From the IMG/VR virus record IMGVR_UViG_3300037420_000429: 64,000 bases of DNA, one strand, 5' to 3'. Under the pieces are notes generated by a model. That model was given only the letters and a program-made list of their open reading frames with translations. It searched no databases and was not told where the DNA came from. This document shows positions 61,661 to 64,000 of this stretch, piece by piece. The stretch is from a virus. The position numbers were made by a program, and so were the translations under genes. The first letter of the stretch is position 1. Each line of letters opens with the position of its first letter.

Positions 61661-62248
61661 TTAAGTTCCGTGCCGGTCTGTAAAACCTGCATCAAGTGTT
61701 GTTAAGTAGTTCATATGTTGATTCCTGCGCTCGCACGCCTGTTTAAAAGCATTATCATAACCTAATTTAGATATCGAAAAATGCTCTCGCCTAGTCTTCT
61801 GTGCGTCATGGTCGTAGATAAGAGCAACGAAATATTCAAAAACTTTGCCTTTTATTACTTTTACGTCCTTAACAACACCAGTTACGCCTGTTTTGTTATT
61901 GGATTGTTTAGCTTTGTTTTTCTGGTTCGTACTGCCTGTGACAAGTCGTAGATTGCTAATGCGATTATCTGTTTTATCCCCATTTATATGATCAATCTGC
62001 AAACCATCTTCTTTAATAAGGCCATTAAACAGTTGATAAACAATACGATGAATAGAGTACAACCTCCCCCTCATATTCACATAGTAATATCCAGTAGACT
62101 TTACAAGACCACCAGCCGGTTCGTCTTTGCACCTCGATCTTACAGACATGTTCCAACCCGTCCAACAGTCATCTTTCCACCGAATAAAAGTTGGGCATGT
62201 TTCGTCGTAGTAAACCTCAGATAAGACTGGACTATAATCGACCGGCAT
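61661..62248 (-). CDS. HNH_3 plus AP2-domain homing endonuclease (free-standing)
   Basis: GLQIDHINGDKTDNRISNLRLVT, then KTGVTGVVKD…ALIYD…LGYDNAFKQACERR. Splits the paralog trio. Confidence 0.8.
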   Translation of the reverse strand: MPVDYSPVLSEVYYDETCPTFIRWKDDCWTGWNMSVRSRCKDEPAGGLVKSTGYYYVNMRGRLYSIHRIVYQLFNGLIKEDGLQIDHINGDKTDNRISNLRLVTGSTNQKNKAKQSNNKTGVTGVVKDVKVIKGKVFEYFVALIYDHDAQKTRREHFSISKLGYDNAFKQACERRNQHMNYLTTLDAGFTDRHGT

Positions 62249-62250
62249 AT

Positions 62251-62505
62251 TCAGCAGGAATAACTGGAACTAGCCCAATCCGAATTCAGCATACCAATTT
62301 CATCAAACAGGTCCGAGAATTCATACTCCAGCTTGACAGTGGCGCCACTACGTTCACTAACATCCTTAATCTCACGCAGAATGTTTTTAATCTGCTCCAC
62401 TTTCTCCGCAATCATCTTGTTGCCATCGCGAACAGAAATCACTTCTTCACCAGCTTTAGCCAGCAGTTCATCCAGACGTTTCTTGCTAATCGTTACCGTG
62501 CTCAT
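62251..62505 (-). CDS. small protein (84 aa), member 2 of the W…S…C family
   Basis: Ends …LEYEFSDLFDEIGMLNSDWASSSYSC. AAGGAGAAGACAT-ATG start. Confidence 0.6.
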   Translation of the reverse strand: MSTVTISKKRLDELLAKAGEEVISVRDGNKMIAEKVEQIKNILREIKDVSERSGATVKLEYEFSDLFDEIGMLNSDWASSSYSC

Positions 62506-62535
62506 ATGTCTTCTCCTTAAATGAAATTGAAATTG

Positions 62536-62745
62536 TTAGCAACCTTGGCTCGACGGTTGCCAGCCGTCATCATTCTCAGACCAACGTTTGTCTGGATTAC
62601 CTTGATAGTAACCACCCATGCCGTACGTAGGGCAGAAGCTAAAGCCGAGTTTGTGCTCATCAGCAACACCTTCAGCTTCGTTCAGTGCATCATAAGCCTG
62701 CTGGACCAGTTGTGCAATCTTTGCCACTGCTTCTTCTTTCGTCAT
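62536..62745 (-). CDS. small protein (69 aa), member 3 of the W…S…C family
   Basis: Ends …HKLGFSFCPTYGMGGYYQGNPDKRWSENDDGWQPSSQGC. AAGGAGAAGAAA-ATG start. Confidence 0.6.
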   Translation of the reverse strand: MTKEEAVAKIAQLVQQAYDALNEAEGVADEHKLGFSFCPTYGMGGYYQGNPDKRWSENDDGWQPSSQGC

Positions 62746-62761
62746 TTTCTTCTCCTTAAAA

Positions 62762-63082
62762 TCAGCTATAAACTACAGTCAAAACAACTCGGCACTCTGT
62801 CTGAGGAAACAAGGTATCCCAAATTTCAGCAGATGACGCAACATCATCAGAAAGAACATCCGGCGCATCACAATCTGCTGGGAATCCTACAAACCAGTCA
62901 TCACCGTTATAGTGGTCTAAGCATTTCACTTGCAGGAATGTAGGCAATGCATAACCCCCATCCAGCATATCTTCAATTTGACCGTCATCCAGCTTTGCAA
63001 ACTCCTGAAGAAACTCTACCGCCTTTTGTTTGCTGTTAAACCTCTTACCAATTCCCAAAAACGCATTGTAGTCGACACCCAT
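62762..63082 (-). CDS. acidic hypothetical protein (106 aa)
   Basis: GAGGAGGATTT-ATG start. Confidence 0.6.
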   Translation of the reverse strand: MGVDYNAFLGIGKRFNSKQKAVEFLQEFAKLDDGQIEDMLDGGYALPTFLQVKCLDHYNGDDWFVGFPADCDAPDVLSDDVASSAEIWDTLFPQTECRVVLTVVYS

Positions 63083-63091
63083 AAATCCTCC

Positions 63092-63274
63092 TCAGAACCA
63101 AAACGAGAAAGTTTGCTGCACAATCGCAAGGGTGATTTCATGGCAGATGAGCCACTTCACAAGTGCGATAGGGCTGAACAAGAAGTCCACAATCGACCAG
63201 AACAAACTACCATGAATCGTGTAGCCAATCATAGCAGTCATCGTATTAATCACCAACATCATCAAACTGCGCAT
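63092..63274 (-). CDS. small membrane protein (60 aa)
   Basis: Two hydrophobic helices (LMMLVINTMTAMIGYTI, LFWSIVDFLFSPIALV). Confidence 0.5.
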   Translation of the reverse strand: MRSLMMLVINTMTAMIGYTIHGSLFWSIVDFLFSPIALVKWLICHEITLAIVQQTFSFWF

Positions 63275-63289
63275 AATCCACTCCTTTGT

Positions 63290-63697
63290 TTAAACATCAC
63301 AATAATAAACAATCTTACCTAACTTAGCAACTCTTTTCATCTTCCTCGCCCACGACGGCTGCACATCTGTTGAATGAAAGAATTCTGCACAGCGAGGCAA
63401 CACAGGGCGCATCTTACGCGATTCATTGTACCGTGTCAACCACTCTGGCTCAACTTTCATCTTAACATTCTTGCGCCACCAAGAAAACTGCCCTCGTTGA
63501 GACACAACAGCCTTACAACTCTTATGAGCTTTCTTCATCCTGTGTTGTACAACTTCCACAACACCACGTACAGCACGTAACGGTTGATTCTCCGATTCAC
63601 GCTGGGCGGTGTAGGCTAGGCAGTTGTTGTCAGCAGCTTTAACGTTTGCGTTGTGAGACAGTACGAGGACGAGGAGCAAGGCGCCACTTGTGCTCAA
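63290..63697 (-). CDS. SleB-type cell wall hydrolase (Hydrolase_2-like) with signal peptide
   Basis: TTG start overlapping the upstream stop. Signal-like STSGALLLVLVLSHNANVKA. Motif CLAYTAQRESENQPLRAVRGVVEVVQHRM…VVSQRGQFSWW. Confidence 0.55.
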   Translation of the reverse strand: MSTSGALLLVLVLSHNANVKAADNNCLAYTAQRESENQPLRAVRGVVEVVQHRMKKAHKSCKAVVSQRGQFSWWRKNVKMKVEPEWLTRYNESRKMRPVLPRCAEFFHSTDVQPSWARKMKRVAKLGKIVYYCDV

Positions 63698-63933
63698 CGT
63701 CCACCTTTCTCAAAAATCATACGACACTCTTCAAATGGAGAATGCTGCCCTAATGAAATTGCAGGGCCAAAAATCTGCATTAGACTCCACAGTTGTTCAC
63801 GAAGAACGTCTCCTTCCATTTTCTTAGCAGGACGATGGAATTTGAATTGCTCATAAAATTTGTTATACACATCTGCACCGTACTCCGTTAGCACAACTTC
63901 TGCCATATCGTTAATGTTGATTTCAAATTTCAT
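63694..63933 (-). CDS. small hypothetical protein (79 aa)
   Basis: ATG 63933 after GGGAGCGGTG. 1-nt overlap with the upstream stop. Confidence 0.5.
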   Translation of the reverse strand: MKFEININDMAEVVLTEYGADVYNKFYEQFKFHRPAKKMEGDVLREQLWSLMQIFGPAISLGQHSPFEECRMIFEKGGR

Positions 63934-64000
63934 CACCGCTCCCTATCATTTCCAAAACCAAGCTCGTCCTTCGCACGTTGCTCTGGTGTGCGTGTGTCTT
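63933..64000 (-). CDS. 3' end of an upstream gene (truncated by the window edge)
   Basis: Frame is open from nt 64000 to the TGA at 63935..63933 (…DELGFGNDRER*). Confidence 0.3.
   Translation of the reverse strand, partial: DTRTPEQRAKDELGFGNDRER

Noticed and set aside
1-64000. Search for CRISPR arrays, an integrase/repressor lysogeny module, reverse transcriptase (retron/DGR), toxin-antitoxin pairs and phage RNA polymerase.
   Set aside because: No regularly spaced direct repeats were seen. No ORF carries integrase (R…HxxR…Y), RT (YxDD) or single-subunit RNAP motifs. The repeat modules in the fibre gene have no nearby RT or template repeat, so a DGR is not supported.

Overview
This 64-kb window is part of a tailed dsDNA phage genome of siphovirus type. 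It has a lambda-like head module and a tube plus tape-measure tail, with no sheath genes. I recognised no integrase or repressor. There are three transcription blocks. (i) A short leftward operon, 1943->1, carries small ORFs and phoH. (ii) A rightward late block, 2073-34974, carries terL, portal, S49 protease, scaffold, gpD-like decoration protein, gpE-like capsid, connectors, enzyme-bearing fibre genes, tail completion proteins, the tube, a G/GT chaperone with a canonical -1 frameshift, an 1861-aa tape measure, a tip protein, a 1441-aa fibre and lysis genes. (iii) A leftward early/middle block, 64000->35123, carries a T7-like primase-helicase, a family-B-like DNA polymerase, a gp6-like exonuclease, a gp2.5-like SSB, class Ia RNR plus a glutaredoxin, ThyX-like, MazG-like and phosphoesterase genes, and about 40 small ORFs chained by ATGA/TAATG overlaps. 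Sigma70-type promoters with a phage-specific TTGACAAGAT -35 box punctuate the late block. The genome is heavily colonised by selfish elements: six free-standing homing-endonuclease-type genes plus one further HNH-domain gene, and a LAGLIDADG intein in nrdA. The most unusual observations are these. (a) A complete Hint/intein-like module occupies the extreme C-terminus of the tail fibre and leaves only a 5-residue C-extein. (b) A 1.7-kb mostly non-coding island in front of terL carries a type-II, Tyr-like tRNA gene with an aberrant anticodon loop, plus other structured-RNA signals. (c) Three adjacent small paralogous proteins end in a W-x-x-S-S-x-x-C-COOH motif. (d) A promoter/terminator-delimited moron encodes a secreted protein with a C-terminal sorting-signal-like tail. 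(e) Depolymerase- and esterase-type fibre genes sit between the head-connector and tail-completion genes. All functional calls rest on motif recognition by eye. No database search was run.
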